Below are positions 50,673 through 63,300 of a DNA stretch of 64,000 bases, in pieces (the stretch's first letter is position 1; each line of letters starts with the position of its first letter). The notes beneath the pieces were generated by a model, which was given only the letters and a program-made list of their open reading frames with translations, searched no databases and was not told the DNA's origin. A program made the position numbers and the translations under genes. The stretch lies in the NCBI RefSeq assembly GCF_006345805.1, contig NC_043011.1:7378001-7442000 (forward strand), in the 5' to 3' direction. Source of the DNA: Octopus sinensis. Lineage: Eukaryota.

Positions 50673-53600
50673 TGTTGTTGTTGTTGTTTTATAGGTCTGC
50701 AAAGTGTTGACCTTGGAAATTACTTGATCAAACGAGTAGTCCGAGAGTTGCAAGCAGAATTCCCACACATGTCAGTTTTCACAAGTTTATCTCCAGTTCC
50801 TGGTTTTAGAGATTGGCTCCTCAAAGAAATTACAAAGAAGATTCAGCTCATTCGTAAGGAAACTTTTGGTTCTTCTTTTTCTTTTTTTATTGCCGTCGTC
50901 CTTGAATTTTAGGATGAGAGCATGAGGTGGGGCGGAAGTTTAACGATAACAGAACACTCATTAACATTGTTGTAATTACACATCATTATACAAACATACA
51001 CTATTTTGAATACATATCATTATAAGTACACATGTTTATATAAACATGCGTATAAACATACACTCTCGGAGTGGTGGGCATTAGGAAGGTCATCCAGGTG
51101 TAGAAACTTTGCCAGATCAGATTGGAGCCTGGTGCAGCCTTCTGGCTTGCCAGTCCTCAGTCAAACCGTCCAACTCATGCCAGCATGGAAAGCGGATGTT
51201 AAACGACAATGATGATGATGATGATGATGTTCTGACTTATAATACCGAGCGGCAAGTTGGCAGAATTGTTAGCATGCTGAACAAAGCGGTCATTCTTTTA
51301 TTCTTTTACTTGTTTCACTCATTTGACTGTGGCCATGCTGGACCCCAGGACTTATTCTTTATAAGCCTAGTACTTATTCTATCAGTGTCTTTTGCTGAAC
51401 TGCTAAGTCACGAGGATGTAAACACACCAGCATCAGTTGACAAGCGATGGTGGGGGGACAAACACAGACACACAAACATACACACACACATGACGGGTTT
51501 CTTTCAGTTTCCATCTACCAAATCCACTCACAAGACTTTGGTTGGCCTGAGGCTATAGTAGAAAACACTTGCCCAAGGTGCCATGCAGTGGGAATGAACC
51601 TGGAACCATGTGGTTGGTAAGTAAGCTACTTACCACACAGCCACTCCTGCACCTATATATATCATCATCATCATTTAACATCTGTTTTCTGTGCTAGCAT
51701 GGGTTGGACGGTTCGACTGGGGTCTAGGAAACCAGGAGGTCGCACCAGGCTCCAATCTGATCTGGCAGTGTTTCTACAGCTGGATGCCCTTCCTAATGCC
51801 AACCACTCCGTGAATGTAGTGGGTGCTTTTTACGTGCCACTGGCACAGGTGCCAGAGGATGCTGGCAGCGGCCACGATTGGTTGGTGCTTTTTACGTGCC
51901 ACCGGCACTGAAGCCAGTCAAGGCAGTGCTGGCATATATATACACTTTGATAGATTTCGGTTAATATTGGCCCATGCGAATAGCACCACCTGGCGAAGTT
52001 ATTCAAATCAGGAATCGGACAACATGGGCCACTTGAGTAGAGAGTTATTGTTTACAGAAACGTATCCAGGTGTCGGAGGTTTATCTGCAACTTCTTGAAG
52101 GAATTTGTCCAAAGACGTCTTGAACTTTATGTGGTCTGTTTCTGTTTGAATAAGTTTTCGTGAAATGTTAAAGAGAGCGGGGCCAATTGAGTTGCAATAA
52201 TTGTGCCATATTTTTGTTATGAGACGCAAGTGTGATTTACGTTGTGGGTGGATAACACGGGGCATAAGCCTTGGGTGTGTCTTAAAGGTGATGCCAACAT
52301 CATTTGGGCAATGCTGATGGAATATTTTCCACATCATGCAGATGATGTAGCTCTCATGGCGATGTTGGAGGTCAACAAAAATGGCAAATTTAACTATTTT
52401 TATGTAGAAATAAAAAAAAAGTGATGAATAGCCTTGATCAATATGTGTATGTATGTGTGTGTGTATGTGTGAATATAGACTCACATTATAAAATGTATGT
52501 CATTGTAGATATTTTAAGTACACTTAATAATGTGGACTGCTATATATATACACTAATATAAACAAAAATTGCTATAAATACATATAATTATTGCTATATA
52601 TACAAGATTTTATACAATTGTCAAAGTAATTAATTATATATCCTGAATCTAGGTTGTTTATCGTTTATATACATCCTGCCTACGTCTCTTTATGCTGGTA
52701 TTTTAATTATTAACAACATTTTTATTGGTTTTAATTATTGGTAAGTGGCCATGCTAGAGCAAAAATTCTCTTTAAAGTATCCCATTGTATAATTTAAACA
52801 CTGAGATATGGTTTATGTTTAATTACCATAGAGACAGTTTATAATTAATTGTCTGTTCATAATTGAATACAGGCATGGGTGTGTCATTAAGAGGGTTTGT
52901 TTCCCAATCATGTGGTTTCAAGTTCAATCCCACTACATGACGACTTATGCAAGTGATTTTTACTCCAGCCCCAACCCAATTTATACCTTGTGGATGAATT
53001 TGGCTGGTGGAAACTGTGTTGAAGCCTATCTTATGCATGAGTGTATGTGTGTGTTTGTTGTGTGTGTGTTTGTTGTGTGTGTGTGTGTGCATCTTTGTGT
53101 CTCATTGCTTGACAGTTGCTGTTGGTTTGGGGACAACTTAAACCTTCAATATGTAAACTGGCCAGATTGGGTTTCCCACATCAACCCCCCGCCCCCACAC
53201 TGTCGTTCTAAAAACGAGCAATCACACCCTCAAGAGATATTTCAAAGCTACAAGATAAATAAGCAATACATTTGATAAAGTAATCTGAATGCTAAAAAGC
53301 TAATTCAAATCTGATAATTTACAAAATATTTATATCTTGAGACTAAACATCTCTCCATCAATAAAAATTGCACTTTTATCTGGGAAACACAAACATATAT
53401 ATTAGCAAATGGTTTAAGAAGATTCAGAAAAATGTTAAAAATTCAATATACTCTGGTAAATTAGGGCCATTGGGTAATTAGACAATGTATACTGATCAGA
53501 TGCATTAATTGGCCCCTACAAATGCATGTCTGTCTGTCTGACAAGAAGCTTAAACTAATAATATTTATGTATGTGTGTGTATGTATATATATGTTTGTGT

Positions 53601-56600
53601 GTGAGTGTATACATGTATGTGTCATCATCATCATCATCATCATCGTTTAACGTCCGTTTTCCATGCTAGCATGGGTTGGACGGTTTTGACTGAGGGCTGG
53701 CAACCAGATGGCTGCACCAGGCTCCAGTCTTGATCTGGCAGAGTTTCTACAGCTGGATGCGCTTCCTAATGCCAACCACTCCAAGAGTGTAGTGGGTGCT
53801 TTTTACGTGCCCCCTGCACGGGGGCCAGTCAGGCGGTACTGGCAATGACCTCGCTCGAATCTTTTTTACACGTGCCACCGGCACAGGTGCCAGTGAAGTG
53901 ACTTTGGTAACGATCACACTCGAATGGTGCCCTTTTTTACGTGCCAAAGGTACGGAGGCCAGTTGGCTGCTCTGGCAACGATCACGCTCGGATGGTGCTC
54001 TTGGCACCCTACTAGCACAGGCATAAGTGCCAGTAAGGCGATGCTGGTAATGATCATACTCGAATAGCCTCTCTGGCAATGATCACACTCGTATGGTGCT
54101 CTTTGCACCCCGCTAGCACGGATGCCAGTCATCGAAATGATTTTGATTACACTTGCCACCAGAGGTCTTCACAAGCAAAGTTTAGTGACCAAAGAAGGAA
54201 AAGCTGTGCATAAGTGGGCCGGTTATGCTCCTGGCATAGGCCATGGGTTATGGTTTCATCTGGTTTGCCGGGTCTTCTCGAGCACAGCATATTTCCAAAG
54301 GTCTCGGTCACTTGTCATTTCCTTGGTGAGGCCTAATGTTCGAAGGTTGTGCTTCACCACTTCATCCCAGGTCTTCCTGGGTCTACCTCTTTCACAGGTT
54401 CCCTCAACGGCTAGGGTGTGGCAGTTTTTCACACAGCTATCCTCATCCATTCTCACCACATGACCATACCAACGCAGTCGTCTCTCTTGCACACCACATC
54501 TAATGCTTTTTTCTCAAGGTACTAACACTCTGTTGAGTATGCACACTGACATTACACATCCATCGGAGCATACTGGCTTCATTTCTTGCGAGCTTACGCA
54601 TATCCTCAGCAGTCACAGCCCATGTTTCACTACCGTGTAGCATGGCTGTTCGTACACTTGCATCATACAGTCTACCTTTTACTCTGAGTGAGAGGCCCTT
54701 TGTCACCAGCAGAGGTAAGAGCTCTCTGAACTTTGCCAAAGCTATTCTTATTCTAGCAGCTACACTTTCAGTGCACCCTCCCCCATTACTGACTTGGTCA
54801 CCTAGGTAATGGAAGCTATCAACTACTTCTAGTTTTTCTCCCTGGAATGTGGCGGAAGTTGGTCTCTGCGCATTTTCAGTGTTTATCGCTCCCGAGCATC
54901 TGCCACATACAAAACTATCTTCCTAGTTAGCCCTCCTTTGACATTGCTGCACCTCTTATGTGTCCATAGCTTACACTTGGTGCATCTTATAGAGTTTCTA
55001 CCTACGACTTTTCTACAGATCGAGCAGGGCCATCTACCTGAAGGGATTTGTGGTTTGCCTGCCTTCCTACTTATTAGGACTTTGGTTTTAGCTAGGTTGA
55101 TTCTAAGGCCATTCGATTCTAATCCCTGCTTCCACACTTGAAACTTCTCTTCTAGTTCTGATAGCGACTCAGCGATTAGGGTAAGGTCATCAGCATAGAG
55201 GAGCTCCCAGGGGCATCCTGACTGGAATTCCTTCGTTATTGCCCGGAGGACTATGATAAATAGGAGGGGGATGAGGACTGAACCCTGGTGGGCCCCAACC
55301 TCTACCTTGAATTCTTCAGTGTACTCGTTGCCAAGCCTCACCTTACTTACAGCGTCCCTGTACATGGCTTGCACAGCTCTCACTAACCATTCATCTATCC
55401 CTAGTTTCCTCATTGACCACCAGATAAGGGATCGGGGGACCCTGTCAAAGGCTTTCTCCATGTCAACGAAAGCCAGGTACAGGGGCTTATCTTTGGCTAG
55501 GTATTTCTCCTGCAGCTGCCTTACCAGAAATATGGCATCAGTGGTGCTTTTCCCTGGCACGAAACCAAACTGCATCTCATCCAAGTTGACTCTCTCCCTA
55601 GTAAGTTGGGCTATGACCCTCTCCGTAACCTTCATTATCTGATCCAACAGCTTGATACCCCTGTAGTTATTTGTATCTAGGGTGTCACCTTTACCTTTGT
55701 AGCAGTTGACTATTATGCTGCCACACCAGTCATTGGGTATGACTCCTTCGTGTATCACCTGGTTAACTATACGGGTGACTAGGCTATAGCCGACACTGCC
55801 AGATATTTTGAGCATCTCTGCAGTAATTCCTGATGGGCCTGGGGCTTTCCCTGTTTTCATGCTTCTAATTGCCTTGACTACCAAGGAACTGTCAACAGGG
55901 ATAGCGGGTCCCTCTGTTGGGTCGACATTCGGCAGACTTTCTTTATCCCATTCATTTTCTTTATTCAGCAACCTTTCATAGTGGCGTCTCCAAACCTCTC
56001 TCTTTGCATCCTCATTTAGCGCAAGTGAACCATCATCCATGCGAACACATTTCTCTCCTACCACATCATGATTCTCTCTCACACACTGTCTTGCAACACG
56101 AAATACCTCAAGTCTTTCATCCTCACGGCGCAGAACATTGGCAAATTTTTTCTTATCTGCTTCCACTCTGGCTAAATACAATTGCCTCCTAGCTTCCCTT
56201 CTGGCAGTCTGATGCACTTCTCTGCTACCACCGTTCTTCCAGTCCTTCCAAGCCTGTTTCTTTTGTCTAATAGCCCTGTCAACAATATTGTTACACCACC
56301 ACGTTATTTTGGGTCTTGAGGGGACTTTGCACCAACCACAGATCTGGTCAGTGGCTCTCAGCATGTTGTCCCTTAGAAACCTCCAGTTGTCTTCTACCCC
56401 ATGTGAAGCTATAACCCCTTCTATTTCGTCAAAGGCTTCAAGTAATATGTCTCTAAATCTCTGTCCATTCGCAGGATCTTTAAGCTTCCAGACCCTTCTT
56501 CTCCATGTTGGTCGTCTTCTTAGTCCTGATCCTAAAGTTACTAACTACCAGTCTATGTTGTGGGGTACTTTCTTCGCCTGGGAAGGTTTTGGCATTTATA

Positions 56601-59520
56601 AGCAGCCATCTTTCTCTTTTTCTGGCAAGGATGTAGTCAATTTGGCTAGTATGTCGGCCCGATCGGTAGGTGACTAGGTGGCTGGTAGGTTTCCTGAAGT
56701 TAGTGTTGCAAACCATAAGATTATTCGCATCACAGAACTCCAGCAGCCTGGTTCCCTCCTCGTTGCGGGAACCATAACCGTAGCCTCCATGTATGCCATA
56801 GAAGCCCCCAGCATGTCGTCCAACATGCCCATAGAAGTCACCAGCCACAAAGAGAAGGTCCCTGTCGTTTGTCAACGAGGTAGTCTGCAGTAGGGTGTCA
56901 TAGAATCGGTCTTTCTGTCCATCAGGTAGCCCTGGCTGAGGGGCATAGGCCGATATAATGGCTGCTAATCCATGATGAAGCACTAATCTAATCTTAAGTA
57001 TTCTGTCGCATACTCTGATTACCTCAATTACCTTATCTACCCATTTTTCAGCAATAAGTATACCCACGCCTCTGACCCCGTCAGTGTTCCCAGCCCAGAA
57101 AATTTTGTACCTGTGTTCTTTGCCTGTGAGGAACCTAGCAGAACCTCCTCTCCACCTCACTTCTTGGATGCAACACATATCGATACATCTCCATTCAAGC
57201 ATCTCAACAATCTCGCCAGACCTACCTTTCAGTGTGCCGACGATGAGGGTGTGGGAGGTATGGGCCCTAGGGACCTTGGGATGGGGGACAGTAGCTTCAT
57301 CATCATCATCATCATCGTTTAACGTCTGCTTTCCATGCTAGCATGGGTTGGACGGTTTGTACCTGAAAAGAAAACTCGCATTTGGCAGGATTCATAGACA
57401 AACAATAGACTTAAGTTCAAACCATGTGCACTTCACTATCATATTTAGCCACTGTATGATCACTACCTTGTATAGTAGGGGGTGGGGGGCGTAAGCCTTT
57501 AGAAGTGTTCATGGGAGACAACCAAGGATGACAAAATTGGAACTTCTGGTAAAGGTGGAGGGGGTGGGAGGGTGGGGGCACCGCGAAAACTAGCAGCCAT
57601 GAAGGGGTCGCATCTCATCTCTTGGAGAAGGAATACTTCGTTGTAGGTATTAAGAGACCTAATTGAGAGAGAGATATGTTGCAGATTTAGGGGAGATGCG
57701 TGAGATAAATTTATCTTAGACATCGATAAGTAAGAGGAGCTATATATTTAACATTTAACCTGAGGCGTGAAGCTGAAATAGACAGAGTGAAACAGAATAG
57801 AGAAACTAAGAGGGTTAATCAATTATGCAGAAATAATACTAGGTATACACACACACATATATATATATATAGGTGCAGGCATGGCTGTGTGGTAAGAAGT
57901 TGCTTCCCAACCACATGGTTCTGGGTTCAGTCCCACTGTGTGGAACCTTGGGCAAGTGTCTTCTACTATAGCTTCAGGCTGACCAAAGCGTTGTGAGTGG
58001 ATATGGTAGATGGAAACTGAAAGAAGCCCGTCGTATATATGTATATATATATATATATTTGTGTGTGTCTCTGTTTCCAAATCCTTGCTCCCGCCATTGC
58101 TTCACATCTGATGTCGGTATATTTATGTCCCTATAACTTAGTGGTTTGACAAAAGGGGCGATTTGTTTGACTAAAGGTGCTCCAGTCAGATGACTGAAGC
58201 AAGTAAAAGTGTTTTTATATATACTACACTCGCGGACTGGTTGGCGTTAGGAAGGCATCCAGCTGTAGAAACACTGCCAGATCAGACTGGAGCCTGGTGC
58301 AGCCCCTGGCTTCCCAGACCCTGGTCAAACCGTCCAACCTGTGCTAGTGCGGAAAACGGACGTTAAACGATGATGATGATGATATATATATATATATACT
58401 TTATTTAAAAGCAGCAGAAATATAACAAAAGCTGTTACTCAGAGTTTCATGTTCCCGTTTGTTGGACAAAACTGTCCAATAAACGGAATGTGAACCTCTG
58501 AGTAACAGCTTTTGTTATATTTCTGCTGCTTTTAAATAAAGCATATTACTCTACCTCAGAGGACCAGCTTCAATTTTTGTACGATACATGTTCGTGTTGA
58601 TAATTATACCTGTCCTAAACAAAATGGCATTACTTTTTGACTCACCCTCGTATATACACACACACCTATTCACAGTGGGCTCTTAGCTTTTGTCTGCCAC
58701 AATCCACTCCCAAAACTTTAGGTCTTGATGACTTTTGGTGTTAATAAAAAGAAATCTGATGGCATCCCTATTCTATCAATTCATGTTTACCTTATTTCCT
58801 TTTATTTCTGTTTCACTTTCCAGATCTCGGAGAACAAATGGACATGTCCCTCTTTACCCCTGAAGATATATATAACCTGCGTGGTTACTTTGATCTTAAT
58901 ACTATGGCAGGACTTGAAAAACTGAAGAAGACACTTCAGACAAATTCCTGGTACCAGGAGGAGCAGTTGACCGTTTTATTAAAGAACCCACTGATGAGAC
59001 TATGTGCACAGTACCTGTATGTGGAGAAGCGGAGAGGATACGCTTTAAACCCCGTTGGTGAGCAGCAACTTTCCCTTTCTCACCTGTTTCCCTGCATCTT
59101 TCATTATTTTACCTGTTTCAGTCGTGAGACTGTGGCCATGCTGGGGCACCACCTTGAAGGGTTTAAGTCGAACGAATCGAACCCAAAGTTTATTGGATTT
59201 TTTCTTCTTCTTATATCTGGTCCTTATTGGATTGGTCTCTCAGGATGAACCATTAAGTTGTGGAGAAGTACACAACGCAGCACCCATTGTCACCCAGTGA
59301 TGGTGACACACACATGGATATATATGATACACACACACACATATATATACAGGCACAGGCATGGCTGTTTGGTAAGAAGCTTGCTTCCCAATCACATGGT
59401 TCCGGGTCCAATCCCACTGTGTGTAACACCTTGGGCAAGTGTCTTCTACTACAGCCTCAGGATGACCAAAGCCTTGTCACTAGATTTGGTTGATGGAAAC
59501 TGAAAGAAGCCCATCGTATA

Positions 59521-59551
<31 letters not shown>

Positions 59552-59649
59552 GCCTCAGGCTGACCAAAGCCTAGTCAGTGGATTTGGTAGATGGAAATGG
59601 GGAGAAGCCTACTGTGTATATATATATATACACACACACACATATATAC

Positions 59650-59686
<37 letters not shown>

Positions 59687-60316
59687 AGATTTCTGTGTGT
59701 GTTTGTTCCCACCCATTATCGCTCTACAACCGATGCTGGTGTGTTTATGTCCCTATGTATATATATATATATATATATGTATTTATTTAGCAGAAGCAAC
59801 CGAGTTATAATGTTCTTATCAAACTGGTTACAAATCAAGGGGTTATAAGTTTATACACCACCAATAATGGTATATTCCCAGATAGTTCTGGTTAGAATTA
59901 TAATAACAATTACAAACGTTACATTCATAATTAATACTTTCAAAACTGTTTGCCTGCCTGCCTGTCATGCCATATATGTGTGATCACGTGACCGACCAGA
60001 CCATCAGATGTTGCTACACATCGCTGGTCACAATGCACTTCACATTGTTTTAGCCTTCGAACGACGCCACCCCGCTGGCTAAGCGAGCAGGCCAACAGAA
60101 GAGTGGGAGAAAGAGTGGTGAAAGAGTACAGCAGGGATCACCCCCCCCCCTGCGGGAGCATTGTGGAGCTTTTAGGTGTTTTCGCTCAATAAACACTTGC
60201 AACGCCCAGTCTGGGAATCGAAACCGCAATCCTACGACCGCGAGTCCACTGCCCTAACCACTGGGCCATTGCACCTTCACAGTATATATATACGTATATA
60301 TGTGTAAGTATATGTA

Positions 60317-60357
<41 letters not shown>

Positions 60358-63300
60358 AAGTATATGTGTGTATATATATATATACATATTACAAAATTAG
60401 AAAATGGAGAAACATACTTAAATTAATCAAATATCAACCATCAGATGATACCCAATCAATACTTTATTACACCATTACATAACAGCAAAGGCATTATACA
60501 AAATATATAGTAAATATAATTAGACAATGAAATAGACATATAAAATATAATATATAATTATATCATATCTGACAGCTGTTTCGGCAGTAAGGGCAAGCAT
60601 GCCTCATTTAACCTATAAGCCATATAAGGCAGGTATAAATGAGACATTAACAAGGATGCCCCACGGCCTCTTCAGAGAATTTAATTTATTATAAGTGTGA
60701 AAAAATTTTTTTTTTTAAATACATATAAATATAAAAATGAAAATATAAAATATAAAAACGTGTGCATAGACACCCATAATACTACACACATATATATATA
60801 TACTCATTAATACAATAATACAAAATAAACAAAACAAAATATATCAATATATATTAACAAACACAGTTATTCTACATATTGGGCTACTAGTTCTAAAAAC
60901 TAACACACAGGAAAATATATGCACACTCACATTTAAATTAAAATCAGACCTATACATGAAAAATAATAAAAAAATTAAAAAAACACAGTTCAGTTTATAA
61001 AATTATAAACCTGTAAAAGTCAATAAAAATTACTATTAATATTAATAATAATAATAATAATAATAATAGATACAATTATGTCTGTACCAAGTACATCGAT
61101 CGGACATCGACATATCTATGAGTCTGATTATACTGTCCGCTTGATATTGATTATTCTAGATTAATTCGATTGGCTTATAGTTTAAAATTTGAATCACAAA
61201 AGAAATTTTACGGTTAGTTAGTCAAGAAACGCACATACGCACATGCACATCCACAGATCAATCGCACATACATACATAATTATATGTATACACACACACA
61301 TACACATACATATCCACAAACAACGTCAAACACATAAATAAATAAATAATAAAAGAGGTATAATCCTATCTATGCAGCCATCCAGCCTCTCAAAACGACA
61401 ACCATGCCACTAAATTAACTAAAGAGATCCACTCACATATTTCCATAAAATATTTGTTATAAAGATACATATATTTATATATCAAGACATCGAATGTAAT
61501 TTACGCAGGGTACACGCAGCATGTGACACCGTTTTTTCTGTAGTCAACATAACATTTACTGATTTCACCGTAATTTGCTATAATCACATGTACGCTAAGT
61601 TATAAAGTATAGATTAATTATTTATTTATAATTATATATATATATATATGAAAGGGAAGAATGCTACTGCTATTTAGCCCCAGGAAACACTGATTCCAGT
61701 TGGCTATGTGACAAGCGTTCTAAACAGTGTTTCCTAGGGCTAAATAACAGTAGCATTCTTCCCTTTCCTGGGACTGCCACATTAAGCTGGCAACAAACCA
61801 TCAGTTTATCGTGCTGCTACTGTATAAGTCTCTCTGAGAGATTTAGAAATGCAATATTTCAAATTTTGTAGATCAGTGAATTTATTTCACTTGAAATTCT
61901 ATAAGTTTTCAAAAGCAAAATAAGCATCGACAGTGAGCAAGCCATGCTACTCAAGACTGATGAAGAGCAATGACTCTGAAACTAGTGTCTGGATGCTGGG
62001 TGGAGGTGCTTATCTCCCCTGTTTAAAAACTTAAGGGCACAGAACACTTGTGCCACATAGCGAACTGGAAATGGTGTTTTCTGGGGCTAAATAGCAGTAG
62101 TATTCTTCTCTTTCCTGGAATAAAAATATCACTTTCATTAATTTCGTTAGGGACCAATTAACGACCACTGAAAACTGGGCTTGTTTCATAGTCGACAGGT
62201 TATAGCTGGGTCCCCCCCCTTCTCAAGCTGACCAAAACTATATTTACCCCAAGCATTATGTCTGTAAATCATTTGTGAGGCATCAAATCAAAACGGGAAG
62301 AAAATAGTGCGAAAGGTGTAAACTGCCTCATAATGCTGCCTGGCTTATTGTTGTCGTGGCAACGTTTTGTTCTTATTCAGCCTTTTTTTAAATTTTAAAC
62401 TTATTTCAAGTGCTATAAATGTCAATCAATGATTCGGAAACAGGTTTTGTTGTTATAGGCTTCTCTGCAGTTATTTAAAGATCAATTTTAAATTTCTAAA
62501 TCAACCTCGTCAAGCTCCCAATATTAATTCAAGGAATAAGGGAGATAAGCACTGGGTCTTCTCATATACTCTCTCTTTTACTTGTGTCAGTCATTTGACT
62601 GTGGCCATGCTGGAGCACCGCCTTTAGTCGAGCAAATCGACCCCAGGACTTATTCTTTGTAAGTCTAGTACTTATTCTATTGGTGTCTCTTGCCGAACTG
62701 CTAAGTTACGGGGATGTAAACACACCAGCATCGGTTGTCAAACGATGCTGGTGGCGACAAACACATATACGACAGGCTTCTTTCAGTTTCCGTCTACCAA
62801 ATCCACTCACAAGGCTTTGGGTCGGCCCAAGGTGCCACGCAGTGGGACTGAACCCGGAACCATGTGGTTGGTAAACACCTGAAAGACGTTTCTACAAAAC
62901 CTATTATAATGATAATTATTTGATACTAAATTGAAACTGACATATACCTGTTCGTTTTCAATACGTTGATAAGATTCGAACGCAAATACATTTATGTTTA
63001 CCTGCAGAAGTGCCCCACCCACCCAACTTTGTTTCCTCATAACTTTCAGAAAAATAGATATTTTACATTGAAACTTTATGTAAATACCTTTCAGACAGAG
63101 TAGCTTCCGATTATATTGGAATGTAAGTCTTTTGGAGGTCTGTACCAGTGCTGGCTCAGATGCAATTGACTCACTCCCTCCCTTAAAAATGCTTGTCTTG
63201 TGTCAAAATTTAAAACTAGAATTATTTTTATAATTTTCTTCGTTTTTTTTTCCCGCAGCAAATTTCCATTTAGGCAACGGTGCCGTCTTATGGCGTCTCA

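Noticed and set aside
59975-60281. tRNA gene (also the heads of SINE A and B)
   Set aside because: A/B boxes continue into SINE bodies with many diverged copies; no full cloverleaf could be formed.
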